Below, in pieces: positions 1 to 14,194 of a DNA stretch of 64,000 nucleotides. How positions within the stretch are numbered: the first letter of the stretch is position 1; every line of letters begins with the position of its first letter. The translations under genes and the position numbers were made by a program. The DNA lies in assembly GCF_009914755.1 (NCBI RefSeq), contig NC_060930.1. The stretch is one strand, 5' to 3'. The stretch comes from the human T2T-CHM13v2.0 reference genome, Homo sapiens. Below the pieces are notes generated by a model. The model saw only the letters and a list, made by a program, of their open reading frames with translations, was not told where the DNA came from and made no database searches.

Positions 1-99
1 GCTGCCAGATGGGCTGAGAGATACTGGATTCTTTCAAACTTTTATATAAGACATCTGCTGCCAGATGAACTGAGAGATGCTGCATTCTTTCAAACTTTT
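1..99. repeat. Tandem duplication, period 56 bp (may continue off-window)
   Basis: gctgccagatg..ctgagagat.ctg.attctttcaaactttt occurs at 1 and again at 57. Confidence 0.85.
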
Positions 100-399
100 G
101 CAATAAACAAAATAATTCTGGAACAAATAATGTGAAATATCTAGTTACCATGGTTCACATACTCAGAGAAAATTTGGATGACTAGGGATGCATGACATAA
201 CTTACAAATATTTCGGAAAACATATGTCTGAGAACGTACGCCAGATATTTTACAAAGTATTAGCTAAGTCAGCAAATACACATGGCAGCAGAATATAGCC
301 TTGTGGTATGAAAGACAAGGAAACTTCCAAAAAAAAAAAAAAAAGAAAGGCAGGCTGAGGATTAGGAAGAAGTGAGTGGGAAGAGGGAGTACATTAATA

Positions 400-550
400 T
401 CTAGAGAACTCAAAATACACACACCCAGACCCAGTCCTGGAGCCTCTAATTCAAAAGACTGGGACATGGCTCAGGCATCCGTGTTTTGAAAAGGCTGCCC
501 TAGTTCTTCTGTGCCAACCAGCCAGGTGAGGCTGAGAGTCATTGACCTAC
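400..550. mobile_element. MER5-like hAT DNA transposon fragment
   Basis: Degenerate MER5 motifs (ggctcaggcatccgtgttttgaaaagg...gagagtcattg). Confidence 0.45.
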
Positions 551-822
551 AGTGCCTCAGTAGAATGTTGTAGCTCACTAACCCATATAGAATCCTCAGA
601 AAGCAGCAACTTGGGGCACCTTGCAACCCTGTAGCCAAGCATTTTGTTTGTACATCAAACTCTGGCTTTTCTTACAACCCCTCATCTAGTAGAGGAGACA
701 GATTAGAAACTTACATGTGAAACCCCTAGTCAAAGGGAAGTGATGGGAACCCAGATGTTCAATTGCCAAAAGATTTAAGGGTGGCTGCCCCCTCTCTGCA
801 CTCTGTGACTTTGGGGGCTTAC

Positions 823-1069
823 CTGTTCCTCCTCTCGTACGCAAGGTCCCCGTATGAGACGAAGAGTTCACACCTCCAAAGACGGTGAGTCCTTGGCCCC
901 CGGCTGCGTGGAAGTTGTTGTAGTTGGGGATGGAGGTCACACCGAAGCTGGGGTAGTGCTGAGGGGTGGGGTCTGTGCCATAGCGGTACCCAGAGCTCTG
1001 GTTCAGGCTGCCGTCCCTCTCCTCCGTCAGTTTTGTTGCTTCTTTATCCTTACATTGCACACAGCCCAT
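823..1069 (-). CDS. FYN: FYN tyrosine kinase, first coding exon (codons 1-82 plus 1 nt; SH4 acylation motif and unique domain)
   Basis: Translation [82 protein letters not shown] is the FYN N-terminus (Gly2 myristoylation, Cys3/Cys6 palmitoylation). Donor ACAG|GTAAGC at 823/822 (phase 1). Strong Kozak ATAATGG and an in-frame TAG 6 nt upstream. Confidence 0.99.
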
Positions 1070-1080
1070 TATCTAAATTC
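1070..1080 (-). other. FYN: 11-nt 5'-UTR part of the FYN first coding exon
   Basis: Acceptor CCCCCTTTTTTGTCTTTGGCAG|GAATTTAGATAATG, with AG at 1082-1081. Confidence 0.95.
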
Positions 1081-2269
1081 CTGCCAAAGACAAAAAAGGG
1101 GGCACGTAAGCTGGGATGCTCCCTAGTTGCTGGGTTGCTCTACAGTAAACGAGGAGTAATTGACAAGGCTCACTGTTGGCTATTTCAGGCCTATTAGGGG
1201 GCATGAGGAAAGGCAGTGGCTGGGGAGATGGTTAGGAGGAAGTTCAGTTCCTTGACCCCACAATCGCATTTGTTCCCCATATGTTCTGGATGACAGCATC
1301 ATCACGGAGCACAATGTTCACCATGCAGCAACTTTCCTCGAATAAGGCCTGTATCTCGTAAAATTCTGTAACAGCATACACCTGCCTACAGACGGTCCAA
1401 TCATATTTACCAATTCTGCCTTTAGCCATCTAAAAAAAATAATACATGCTCTGTAGAATGAGTCTATGCAACATTAGAATAAAAACTTCCATCAGGGCAC
1501 AGGAAATTTAAGGAAGAGGGCACAGGAGTGTTGGATAAGCCAGAATACAACCTTCAATCAAGTCACTAGACTGCTTCACTCATGGGTACCACATCTTCAG
1601 GCACAAAACTGGTCAATTTTAAGCACTAAGATGATGCTAAGTATCAAAACTAAGAACTAGTTACTGGATGAAAAATAAAATCGGCAGAACCTAAGAGGTC
1701 AGAGTATATTTGCAGGATGTCATGATAGTCTACAGTAATGAAATCACTTAAAGCTGCTAATTAACTTTTCAAATTTCCATTAGCTTTTGACATCCTTCAA
1801 AAACATTAAAAAAAAATCATTCCCATGTTACAGAGTTAGTGGCGGATTAAAAACTCGAGTTGTTGCCACCCCACCCTCCTCAAACCCTCTTCTCCCAGGC
1901 TCCTCATCTAAGTAAATGGGACCACCAGTGTCCCAGTTGCTCCAGTCAGCATCCTGAGAAGCATCCTCATTTCCTCCTCCTTGTTTACTTCCCACTCTTC
2001 CTGTCTCGGCTCTCCTATTCAAACACGCCCAACTTCTCAGATCCTCAAAGACTCCATTCCCCCACCCGCTTCGGGCCTTGGAACATAACCTTGAACACTT
2101 TTTCCCCTTCCTCTTTGATATGTGACGTATCCATGTCCTAGTTAATAAGGCACCGCTTCCTCTGCAAGGCGTTCTCCGACTGCCCTGCCCTTCCAGGCTG
2201 GGTTGTGCTTTCTGAAGTGCTCCCATGGCATCCTCATCTCCCTCCTTCTGGCACCCTTGGCGCCATATT

Positions 2270-2398
2270 AAAACAGGGCCTGTTTATTTGTCTCATTGCC
2301 CAATGGACTGCAAGTTCCAGGAAAGCGGGACCCTGTCTGTTTTCATCACAGCTACATTGCCAGTGCCTGGAACAATAAATAGCAACCAGATGAGTGAA
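2270..2398 (+). mobile_element. L2 LINE 3' fragment
   Basis: gactgcaagttccaggaaagcgggaccctgtctgt...ccagtgcctggaaca matches the L2 3' end. Confidence 0.65.
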
Positions 2399-2465
2399 GA
2401 TTCTGTAGCCTATTATGTTTCTCTTTTACCCTCTCTGTATTAAAGCCGATCCCTCCTGTGACTTT

Positions 2466-2729
<264 letters not shown>

Positions 2730-3634
2730 TGACTTTTATCAGCAGTGTACCTTGCATTTTAAAATCTACTGGTATGTGTGTGAGAAGTGAAGAAGATTCA
2801 GAAATACAAGTTGGTTAAATGGTCCCCCTTTGGACTTGCAATACCCCAACAAGCCAACAGGGGTCAGGTAGAACAGGCCAGTGGAGGTCCCTGCCAAAAC
2901 CGCAAACTAGCCCATTTGGGACCAAAGAATCACATAAGAAACACATGCCATCATGTGTAATAACATTTATTCACTGGGGAGGGCACAGCTGGCACAGGAT
3001 GGGAAGGGCTTGAGGCAGCAAAGGAGAAGGCATGCTTTTCTATACTATCTTGCAAACCAATGCAGGAGGTGCCATATCAGAAGAGTGCTCCCTGGGCACT
3101 CTTCTGAGCACTGCTTTTCTGCTGGACTGGGTGATGGGAGCAGTATCAGACTGTTCTAAAGCTCTCTCATATTACACATTTCAATAAATACTTATTGAAT
3201 TGAATGTCAGTTCTTGAGAATGAAAATGTTTGGAAAAGAGACGCCTACTGCTTGAGCTGAGCTCACCAAATCTGGAACACATTTACTCCTAAATCATTTG
3301 AGATTAACTTACAGTATACCGTGCCCAACATGCTTTGTAACTTATGGTAAATGGATATGATTTTAACAAGTTTCCAATAGGAAATGCAAGCTATTTCCAA
3401 GGCATGATGTACTAAAGGAATTTCATCATTTGTTGTTGATGTTGCTTCATCAGACTGATAACTTGCTCATATAATATTAACTCTTTCGTGGTGGAAAGTT
3501 GCTCCACATTTCTGCAAAGACCAGACAGAAAACACTTCTTGTCCCAGATGTTTTTTCTTTTTTTCCATGAATTTCACTGATCTACTGTAATTAGAGAATG
3601 TGAGACCTGAATCACAGACTCATATCACTTACAG

Positions 3635-3862
3635 CAGTGGTTCTCAGCTGGGGGTAACTTTACCACTCCCCTGCAAGAGACATATTGGGCAATGTCTGGA
3701 GACATTTTGGGTTGTCACACTCAGAGGGGAGGGATACTCCTGATACCTACTGGGTAGAGGCCAAGAATGCTGCTAAAACTTCCTGCAATGCACAGGACAG
3801 CCTCCTACAAACAAGAGTTACCTGGCCCCAAATGTTAATAGTGTCAAGGTCAAGAAATCCTG
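3635..3862 (+). mobile_element. MER20 (hAT-Charlie), full length
   Basis: Termini cagtggttctca...agaaatcctg, internal ggcaatgtctggagacattttg and gggtagaggcca, degenerate 8-bp TSD acttacag/atttacac. Confidence 0.9.
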
Positions 3863-4282
3863 ATTTACACGAAGGAAAGAATTTATATCTACATCTTTGA
3901 AGCAGTTTAACAGCTGTTTCCCTTACATGGATGTGATTAACATGCAACCCATCATGCTTTCTTCAGGCGAACAGGCATGTTAGGTAGAAGCAGGCAGTTT
4001 TAAAGAGTGACATGAAGTGCTCTGATTTTCTCTAGAAGCTTGTGCACTGTGATAGAGAAACAGAACCTGGAAGTAATGAGAACACTCATTGCAAACCACT
4101 CTTCCAACTCCAGCAAAACAAAATAAGCCCCATATAAGAACCCTGAAGAAAACAGGATCCTACATTTAACCAAACTAAGAAAAAATAATCTTTCAAAATC
4201 CACTTTAAAAAAGAAATATACTATAATAAGCAACTAGCAGCTTATCTATAATTTTATGAAGTAATAGAGAAGAAAAATCATC

Positions 4283-4397
4283 AGCTCCTTGAAGGCAGGA
4301 ATTTTTGTTTTTTTTTAACTGCTGCATCTTGCGTGGCCAGAACAGTGCCTGGCACACAGTAGTCACTCAATAAATATTAGTTAAATAAATAAATTAA
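4283..4397 (+). mobile_element. L2 3' end
   Basis: agctccttgaaggcagg...agaacagtgcctggcacacagtagtcactcaataaatatt. Confidence 0.8.
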
Positions 4398-6782
4398 AAA
4401 TAATCAAAATCATTTTGGAGAAAACAATCCTCTTTTATAGAAGAGACAGCACCATCACCACTTCACGCATTTGACATTCTGAGTTAAGTAATGTTTCTAT
4501 ACAGATCTTGCTTACTCTTTTCTCTTCAATGACACATAGGAAGAAGTGAAAATAAATCAGTAAATGCAGTTTCAAGTCATTAAAAGTTAATCACAATGAA
4601 AATATTTATGTAGGAACTTGTGGTCTTCTTTCTCCCCCGTGGGGCAGTCAGACTAACTGCTTCGTGACAGAAGAGTCAGAAGACGCTACATGAGCTGTAT
4701 TCAGTGTGCCCAGGCTCCTTGCTACAAGGCAAACTTTTGATCATTCATGCTAAAATAAAAGTATCCTTTATTATGCAGAGTTATGTGCTGTGGCTTTAAT
4801 GTCCAATGCTGTAAGTGCATCGTGACATAGAATGTACTAATTCACTTGCTATAGATCTCTGGGGCACCGGGAAACACTGAATGATGCCATCGTGAATGTG
4901 GAGCCCTGGAGTTACTCTGATCAGGAAAATACCACATGCCATGAACTCATGGCTATAGTCTTCTGCAAGTTATCATGCCTAGAAAAACTGGTGAAGGGCA
5001 TTTTCACCAATTGGATCCTGTGCCTGTGATCAAGGTGTCTGGATTACAGCTGTGAAGCCTCTATTCTCCAATCCTTTTGCAAAGGGAGGGGCCCTTTTTC
5101 TACTAAGCAAATAAAACTTGATCTATTTAAAATTTCCCTAGTCCTGTGGTTCTTTACAGATGTGCCAATAGTGTTAAGCAACCTGGGAAGAATTGCCGGA
5201 CACAGGATTCAAGGAACGCCGCACCCTGCTCCCATAAGCAGGGCAGACATTATCAACAGATCACAGCCCTTTCTGCTGCCATGCTATGGGAGATATGCTT
5301 CTCCACATAGCCCTGTAGTGATTGACGGAAACTGACCTAAAGGATAGATTCAATCCTTTACTACCACAGGCACAGGGTGCTTCGATCCAAGATGAGTCTG
5401 GTTGAACATACACTCCCTCCTCCTGATGTAGACAGACCACAGTCCAGTCTACAAGATGCACATTAAACACAGACACATTCATATTTCGTCATGTGCCAAT
5501 CAATAAAGCAATGCCAGTAAGCCCAAGTTATAAGCTTGCAGGACGTGTGATAAGATTTCAGGTGTGTGCAGGAGCTAGGTACCAAAATGGGAAAAAGGCC
5601 ACTGGCAGTCTTCTGCACAAGCAAATTACTTTCTCTTGAGACACATACACTTGCAGGCAGAGGAGGAATGGCAGGAAGAGGAAGTGAAACCGACAACAAA
5701 TAACTTTAATTTCAGGGGTGTATGCTCTTTTGTCTCAGAAGCCAACCTAGGTGGGTGTGAAGAAGTGACAGCCCTTAGGCATAATCCCTGCTTCTGACAG
5801 CCTCCAGCAGACTTTGGAGAGTGACAGGTAAAGCCACATTTGGCCCGTACTTAGAGGTGGCATGTTTCCTGGTATCATAATGGAAGTATAAGAACAAGGA
5901 AGGGAACTGAACTAAGAACCTAGAAACCAAATGCAAGCAACTGAGATGGGGGCAGTTGAAAAAAGAATTTAAAGCTGAACTGCAGATCAACTGCATGGTT
6001 TCACACTTTTCTCGGAAAAAAGCAAAAACTGGAAGCTTATCAAGCAAACACACTTTTTCAGTCAGCAGGAATAGCATTAGGAAAAGGATAAGATGTGGCA
6101 GAGACACATCTGAAATTATTTGACTTCAGGATAGAAGATTCATGGCAGAGGGCTCTTGATCCTCGCAAAATTAGAAACACCCATAAGAATCTACTTGGGG
6201 ACTTTTGCTACATTCTCAGTGGAGAGAGTTAATCCATTGAAAGCCTAGGAAAGCCTTCTTTAGTTTTCCCCTGTCATTACTGGGAGCAGAAGGACATTCA
6301 GAGACAGTTGAGTACCACATCAGCAGCAATGAGGTTGGGCCACAGAAACTGTCACCCAAATTTCCTAATTTCCCAGCACCTTTCAATCCTTTACAATGGG
6401 GCTTTTCTCCTCTGTAGCATACTGCATCAGATGATCCTGACACCCCATGAGAGAGTGCAGGCAGTGCTGCCTTCTGGGGACAGACGGGACAGAAGGGCCA
6501 GGGAGGACTGGGGAGGCTGGACAGAAAGCAGGGCTATGCTGGCCACTCTTGGGATCACAAGCATTTCCCAAGGTACTGAAGCAGAGAAAAAGTCACTGCT
6601 GGGTTGGCCCTCTGGAGATGTTAATACTTGAGGGATGAAACACTTTCAGCACTGATGCTGGGTTCAGCCAATGGCCCCAGCCCAGCTATGAAAAAAAGCA
6701 TGCAGGACTCTGCCAATGTGGGAAAGTCCTCTCTTTGCTGCCAACTGGAGGGAGTGAAAATATGTGCCTTGCTAAATGACAT

Positions 6783-7312
6783 TGTGGTAGGGAGAATTCT
6801 GAGCTGTCCCCCAGGACTCCTACTCCCGGTGTATGTGCCCTGCAAATCCCTAGGATTTATGAATGATGGGGTAGTCACTCCATCATCGGGTTGTTATTTG
6901 GCACAGCCGACTTTGAGAGATCATCCTGGGTGGACCTGACCTAATCAGGTGAACCCGTGAACGGTATGCCAGTTCCTGGAAAAGTAGATTAAAAGTGAGA
7001 GAGGCCTTCATTGTGGGGGAGATTCTCCACAGCTGCCTTTAAAGATGAAGGGGCTATGTGGCCAGACACATGGGTGGTCAGAGCTGAGAACAGCTCGGTC
7101 AAGAACCTGAATGAACCTGGAAATGGATTCCTCCCTAGTCAAGCCTTCAAACAACAACATAATCAGCTAACATTTGATTTCGGCTTTGCTGAGCAGAGAA
7201 TCCCCTCCGTGCCTGGATTTGTGACTGACAGAAATGTGAGCTAACAGATGGATGTTGTTTTAAGCTACTAAGTTTGTAGTACTTTGTTAGGCAGCAGCAG
7301 AAAACTAATACA
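6783..7312 (+). mobile_element. MLT1 (E/F-like) MaLR solo LTR
   Basis: Starts tgtggtag..aattct and ends tgttgttttaagctactaagtttg...gcagcagaaaactaataca. Confidence 0.8.
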
Positions 7313-7459
7313 TGTTTTGGTGGGATGGGCACCATGGGGATGATGGCTCCAATTTCAGCAGTCATGACCAATATCCAATCAGTGTTCCCTGTAGCCTAGG
7401 TGCAGGCTGGACTCTGCAAAATGCTGTCCCATTAAAATCTAGTAACAACTCTAAAACAC

Positions 7460-7600
7460 AGGTATTACTATTTCCCCACACTTTACAAGGGAGGAAAAGA
7501 GGGGTTGGGGAATTTGTCCACAGCTATGTCAGTCATAGAGATGGGATTTGAAACCAGATAGCCTGATTCCATGGCCAACACACAGAGTCTCTATACTAGA
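7460..7600 (-). mobile_element. MIR fragment
   Basis: Reverse MIR core with gggatttgaaaccagatagcctgattcca. Confidence 0.6.
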
Positions 7601-7725
7601 GCTATTTCCTGACCATGGAATCCTGGCCAGTCCATGCAAGGGTGTGGGTGTGAGGGCTGGAGGTGTTGAGGGAAAAATCCTATAGGGAAGAATTGGTTCC
7701 ACAGAGCTCAATATCTCACACATTA

Positions 7726-8105
7726 TGATATGGTTTGGTTGTGTCCCCAGCCAAATCTCACCTCAAATTGTAATCCCTATAATCTCCATGTGTCAAGGGC
7801 AGGACCAGGTGGAGGTAATCGAATTATGGGGGCAGTTCCCTCATGCTGTTCTCGTGATAGTGAGTGAGTTCTCATGAGATCTGATGGTTGGTTTTATAAG
7901 CATCTGGCATTTCCACTGCTTGCACTTACTCCGTCCTGCCGCCCTGTGAAGAAGGTGCCTGCTTCTCCTTTGCCTTCTGCCATAATTGTAAGCTTCCTGA
8001 GGCCTTCCCAGCAATGCGGAACTGCAAGTCAATTAAACCTCTTTCCTTTATAAATTACCCGGTCTCAGGTATTTCTTCACAGCAGTGTGAGAATGGACTA
8101 GTACA
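7726..8105 (+). mobile_element. THE1 (D-like) MaLR solo LTR, complete
   Basis: tgatatggtttgg...gactagtaca, perfect 5-bp TSD CATTA (7721-7725 and 8106-8110), ATTAAA retained. Confidence 0.93.
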
Positions 8106-9342
8106 CATTACTAACGGAGGCACTGATTTCAGGGACTAGGTCTCACCTCCATCCCCAATGCACATTCCATTCCCCCAAGACAGTGGATTCTGTAGAGATG
8201 CTGGACCATACTAGGTGCAGTGAGTCACCATCTTCCTTCGTGCGGTTTGGCATATTAATGACTATTTGGGCCGATGACACTGAAGCAGCCCTTAATTTCC
8301 TCATCTTTCCTAGTCATGGCAAGGGTATTCATAAGTACCATGAAGGAGTTGGCACTGGTTTCCTTGGTATAAAAATCAGCTTTCCTATTGCACTTAAAAT
8401 ATGATTTGCTTTACAGGCAAAACTTTCTGGAACATATTTACTGCATAAACTGAGATACACATATAATGCCTCCACCAAGCACAAAATAACAGCTTTCTAC
8501 TCTTGGTGAAGCCTGTGAGGGAGAGCCCCTCGCCAAATGCAAGTATTAAAATATTACAGTCTCTGAGGTGAGAAGATAGATGTAAAAGTGGGAATATACA
8601 CAATGCAGACACTAGCCACATGCAATCATGGGAGAACAGAGCCTACTTAAAAATCAAACCCAAGCTTTGCTTCAGAAATAAGTGGAGTTGAACCCATTCG
8701 ATCATTTACGCATGACTTTGCAAAGGTTCTCTGGAGGGGGAAGAGGATCAACCTTCTCTCATACCGCACAGCAAGGGAACCAAAGTAATATAAATCACTC
8801 TTAAAAATGTCATGTTACTTTAAGAATAAGCCATACTGCTGGCACCTAGAATATTTTTGTGGGTCCCCATCTCTGGCTTTTCTTGTTCAAATGGCCCCCA
8901 GGCTAAGAGGCAGCTGCTCACATCCCTGCAACAAACATGTTCTTTCCTTTCTGCATAGCCTTCCATTTCTCGAGCCCGAAGACTCAAAAGCGCTCAATAA
9001 AAGAGAAATGGAAGCATCAGACCCCAGTGGTGAGATTTAAGACTGCAGTCAACTGAATGCTGGAACCAGTCCCAAACCTAAATGGCCAAATGAGGCTTTA
9101 ACACCAAACCATGGAAAAGCTCCAAGAAAAGAGTAAGAACATTTTCTTCTTAAATTCATTTTGCTCTGGATCTCAGGGTTAAGACAAGAGTGAAATGGTG
9201 ATGAAAACAAGGATGATATGTTTTAACCCCATCTATGCCAAAGGTTTCAGAAAGAATTAGAGCACAGGTTGTAAAGTTTTTTCAGGCTCCACCCCCTGCC
9301 CGCAAGCCTTTTTGGACCATAGAAAAGCCCCTTGTAGTTAAT

Positions 9343-9870
9343 ATTTTTAAAATTTCATTTAAAGTGAGATATAATTCATATACCATAAAATTCACCCTCT
9401 TGAAGCACACAGTCCAATGGTTTTTAGTACATTTACAAAGGAGACCATTTCCATTATCTAATTCCAGAACATTTTCATTGCTCCAGAAAGAAACCCATGC
9501 CCATTAAGCAATCGCTACCCACTCCCTTCTCTCCCCAGCCCCTGGCAACCACGAATCTAATTTCTGTCTCTATGGATTTGCCTATTCTTGACATTTCATA
9601 TCAACAGAGTCACATCATATGTGGTCTTTTGTGATTGGCTTCCTTTGCTTGGTATAATGTTCTCCAGGTTCATTCATGTAACATGTATTAGTACTTCATT
9701 CCTTTTTATGGCTAAAAGATATTCTACTGTATGGATATACCAGATGTTGTTTATCTATTCATCAACTGATGGACATTTGGGTTTTTACGTTTTGGCTCTT
9801 ATGAATAATACTGCAACAAACATTCATGCTCAAGTTTTTCTGTGGAGATATGTTTTCAACTCTCTTAGAT
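9343..9870 (-). mobile_element. L1M (L1MB-like) 3' end
   Basis: cccctggcaaccac.aatcta.tttctgtctctatggatttgcctattct, tcaactgatggacatttgggt. Confidence 0.88.
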
Positions 9871-10960
9871 TAATATTTCAATATATAAGAAATTTATACA
9901 GATAAGAGAAACTCTAAGTTTAGGAAACAGAAACATATATTGGCAACAAAAAAAGGAAAAACAATTTGTGAAACATATGGGAGAATATTGCCTTTGGTAG
10001 TAATCAGAGAAATACAATTTAGATTAGTGAGATACTATGTATCACTTCTAAATTCACACATTAAAAAAATAAGTATACTCAATAGTGATGAAGTTTCCTT
10101 GAAATGAATATGACTCTCTTACATTGCTGATAGAAGACCAGAAATCAGTGTAAAACCATTTGGTAAACCAATTTGGCAATATAAAAAATTCTTAAAAATG
10201 GGCATACTCGGCCAGGTGTGGTGGTTCACACCTGTAATTCCAGCACTTTGGGAGGCTGAAGTGGGTGGATCACTTGAGGCCAGGAGTTCAAGACCAGCCT
10301 AGCCAACATAGTGAAACCCCAACTCTACTAAAAATACAAAAATTAGATGGGTGTGGTGGCAGGCACCTGTAAACCTAGCTACTCGAGTGGCTGAGGCATG
10401 AGAATCGCTTGAACCAGGAAAGCAGAGGTTTGCAGTGAGCTGAGATGGCGCCACTGCACTCCAGCCTGGGTGACAGAGTGAGACTGCCTCAAAAAAAAAA
10501 AAAAAGGGGGTCGGGGGTGGCATGTCCTTTAACCTGTAAATGTGTGCTAAAGACACGCCTTTTAAAAAAATGACATGAAGAGGTTCTATGAAGTATTATT
10601 TATCATTTGAAAAATTAGAAAACTTGTTAGTTGTTTAGCATGAGGGCAATGGCTAAAGTAAATTGTAAGGTATGCCCATAAAGACAAGTTAAGCAGAAAT
10701 TAAAACTTACATTTACTGAAATTATCAGCAATATGGAAAGATGTTCATGTTATATTAGGAAGGATCACATGATTGCAACTATATAACAAATGCCTAGAAA
10801 ACTCTTTGGAAGGAAACATGCTGAGATTATGGTGGTGTGCAGATGATAACACTATGGGCAACTGTTCTTTCTTTGCTCTCTGTGTCTTTTTTCTCAGATT
10901 TGTCTATACCAAGAATGTACTTTTTTTATAATGAGAATAAATCACCTTTATTTTTCTATA
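9871..10960 (+). mobile_element. Decayed L1ME fragment interrupted by an Alu
   Basis: Degenerate ORF2-end and 3'UTR motifs (gtaatcagagaaatacaa, tacattgctgat, aatttggcaatat). Confidence 0.6.
10210..10505 (+). mobile_element. AluS (Sz/Sx-like), full length
   Basis: ggccaggtgtggtgg...A15 tail. Confidence 0.97.
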
Positions 10961-13589
10961 AGAAAGTTCCCTTTAATATTATCAGTTACTGATTGAATTT
11001 GTATGTAAGTTGAAACAACTACACATTGATGAAGTATACTTTGTCAACTGAAAAATTAAGAGGGAGAGACTGACTGATTCCAAAGCCTGTTGAGAGGCAA
11101 CTCCTTCTAGAAGGTGTGAAGGGTGAAAGGTACCAATGGACAGTGAGCCTGCTGAGCGTGTGCTCTTAACTAATCTGTGCTGGAAAGTAAGCAGTGAGGC
11201 GCAGTGCTGGGAGTGGGCGGTGAGTGCACAGCAATGAACAGCCATAGATATCTAATTAAGGGCACGAAAAAGGCAAAGCCACATGCAGAGGATCCTGTAG
11301 GGGACAAGTGTGGAATCTGGGATAACCGAACCAAAAGCAGGGTGGCTGGATTAGTGGGGTTTTGAGACCCTTTGGGCCACACATCCTAGGTACTTGGGGA
11401 CACCCACTAAATTCAGAATGACGGTACTCACTCAAGTCTACCTTGGCACCTAACCAAGGCAATCTGATTCCTGAGGTGTCTGTAGGAGCTCTCTGTGAGT
11501 GAGGTCATGAAGACCACGCATGGGCTTGGCTCTAGGAAGGTGGAGAGGATGAAACAAAGCACTTTTGTTCTTTGGATGCCAATTGGTGGGAGAGGGAAGG
11601 GGGCCTGCCCTCGCTCTTGTTGCCTTCACCCTTTCCTGTTGGGACACTGAGCTGGGCATTTTAATGCTTTGACTTTGAGCCACTGCCCCTAGAACCTGGG
11701 GCAATCCAAGCAGGGCACAGAACAGTAGGCAACACTGGTTCATGTGACCTGAAAATTTTCAGAAACACTAGGCACAGAAGAGATGTTTCTTCCTGATGTT
11801 GATATCCAATCAAGTATCTTCCTACCCTCCTTACCCTCATTCTATAAAAACAATCAACCAGAGAAAAAGAGAAAAGAAAAACAAAAACGTGGGCTTCTAT
11901 TCATGACCAGCAAAGAGAAACAGGAAGGTCAGTGTCACATCTGGGCCACAGTGGCAGAGCCTAGCTTTCTGGGCTGCGCCTGTTTAAGGAACAGTGGTGG
12001 CAGAACTGGCCGAGGGCCCAAGGGTCAGGGTGTCACCTGGCAGAGCCACAAGAAAACACATTAGCACAAAGCGGCTGTTTGAATAGGCGTCATCAATGCC
12101 CCCTCCCCAAGTACGAGGACCGCTGAGAATGAAAGCCGAGGAGGTTCACTCTCCAAGGCCGAACAAAACCCGCCCTGCCAATCTTCCCAGTCTCTATAGA
12201 GGTTCCTCGCCAGATGATTCTGCAAATGTGGCCTCATCCTTTCAAAAACAGTGCATTCTTTTTCTCTTTCTTTAATTCACTAGTTCCAGTCAAGAAGATC
12301 CAATTCCTTTAAAGACACAGAAAGGACTTTGAAGAAGGAGATTTGACTTCTTTTGCCTTTGAGCTGATAGCACGGTGCTTGTGGTCTCCATGTCTCCCAT
12401 TTTCGCTGATCATTTATCTGGTTATGAAGTCACAGCCCAATCTAAATCTACCAGCCTGAGAATTTGGCTGTGAGGCCACTTGCACTGTGTTTTTGGGGCA
12501 GAGGCTGGTGTCTTTCCTTTGAAGAATAACATGAAGCCCAGTCCCCCGGCCCCTGGGTCTTTGTGTTGGCACTTTATTCAGGCTGCCAGAAATCAGCAAC
12601 AACAGCAGGGATAACTTTTGCATCCCCTGCCGTGGTGTAGAATTTCAAAGCTTCTTGCAGCTGTTTTGGTGTGAATGCAGATAAAGTAGCCAGTCAGAAA
12701 GCATAGTCTATCTAATTCCACGGCCTCTATGGGGACAGAATGGCTCAGGAGGACGGGAACAAAAGGAGCAGAGAGGCAGACTCCAGCCAGCCTCCTCCTA
12801 CACTTTATTGCCTGAAGGAAAGGAGGATGGTCTCTGCCTTCCCTGATGTTGGTTTCCTCACCCTGGGTGAGCCCAGGGTGGTTGAATATGTCGTGCGTGT
12901 CTCAGTAAAGTTTTCACTAGAGGTCTGCATTTATGAATGCAAATTGAGTGCCAAGAGAGACACAGAGGAAATTAAAGGAGGAACATCAGTAAGAGGAAGA
13001 GAATGTGGAACCACCAGAAGGTAGTGATGCTTTCCCCAGCAGCACACAAAAAACAGTATTTGGGATGACAAGCTGTGGCCACTCTGTGTGGGAGGAACAT
13101 GTGCTACATGGGCTAGACCACTTGTGGATGACCTACTTAACACCTGATGGAAACCCAGTCAGATTTTTCTTAACAAATCCAAAAAAGGTAACACTGGGTT
13201 TACATACCAGCATACATTCTGCGAACACTACTGCTTGTAAAAGTTATGGTGAAGCAATTTAATAGTGACTTTTCACTTGGCCTATGAATGAGGTAGAGAA
13301 TACAATGTTTTTTTATACTGTTGTCCTACAGAGTGATTAAACCTTAAGTTCACTCCTTAAAAATGGCACAGCAGTTAATCTTCCCTTTTTCCTAGGTGCT
13401 TGCAGGATTCTGGTATCAGGCAGGGTTGCCCTGGGTCTAAAGGGACACGGCCTTGGCAATCTTGCAGCCCAAATCCACGTCACTGAAAGTAAGCGAGCGG
13501 TGGAGGGTGAAGGCGGGTGAAGGCAGGTGAAGGGTGTGCAGGCTGCCTGCTATCCCCTCGCTGTCCCACCAAATCCACCCCACCCTCCT

Positions 13590-14070
13590 CCATCATAATA
13601 GCTTTAGTGAGCCTCTGGCTTTGCAGCTGAAGACTGCATTCTCAGACTCTCTTGCAGCTAGGTGTGGCCAGATCACTTAATTCTAGTCAACTCCTTGTGA
13701 CTGGGTATAATATATTCAACTCCTGAATCCTTCAAAAGGGAGCTGGTCGTCCTCCACTTTCCTTCCTGCTTCCTGTGGGCTGGGAAGTGGGTGTGGTGCT
13801 GGTGAACTGGCTTCAACAGACAGACAATGGCAACCCAACAGGGAACAGCAGGACCACAGGATGGAAGGAACCTGGGCCCCGGACAGCTTCACGGAGCACA
13901 GCTGCTCGTCTACCCGAAAGCACCCACCACTGACCCCAACACGAGAGGCATGAATATTGATCTTGTGTGGGCCACTGCTTCTTTGGGAGGAGATGGGGGA
14001 GGGCATGCAGTGGGATCTTTGTTATAACAGGGAGTCTGCAGCAACACACGGAGGAAGTGAATCTAATACA
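13590..14070 (+). mobile_element. Old ERVL LTR (LTR16/LTR33-like)
   Basis: ctcttgcagctaggtgtggcca, gatggaaggaacctggg and an end at ctaataca. Confidence 0.55.
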
Positions 14071-14194
14071 GAGGTCAAAGGGTGGCTGTGTGGGCCACGT
14101 GTCTCCCCACTCCCGAGAACCAATAAGAACTTCTGATTACCTTTGACACAAACAGTTAAACTTGAATTAAGGCAAGTTAGTAGGATAACAACAA

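Noticed and set aside
686-822. C-terminal extension of the 127-aa FYN ORF (GKPPKSQ...LLY) as a truncated isoform
   Set aside because: It is read-through past a consensus donor, and I found no AATAAA/ATTAAA on the minus strand in 1-686 to support intronic polyadenylation.
854-1126. 90-aa antisense ORF over the FYN exon
   Set aside because: Shadow ORF with no independent coding evidence.
9343-10200. Twin-priming L1 inversion at 9870
   Set aside because: The two opposite L1 pieces differ greatly in decay, so independent insertions are more likely.
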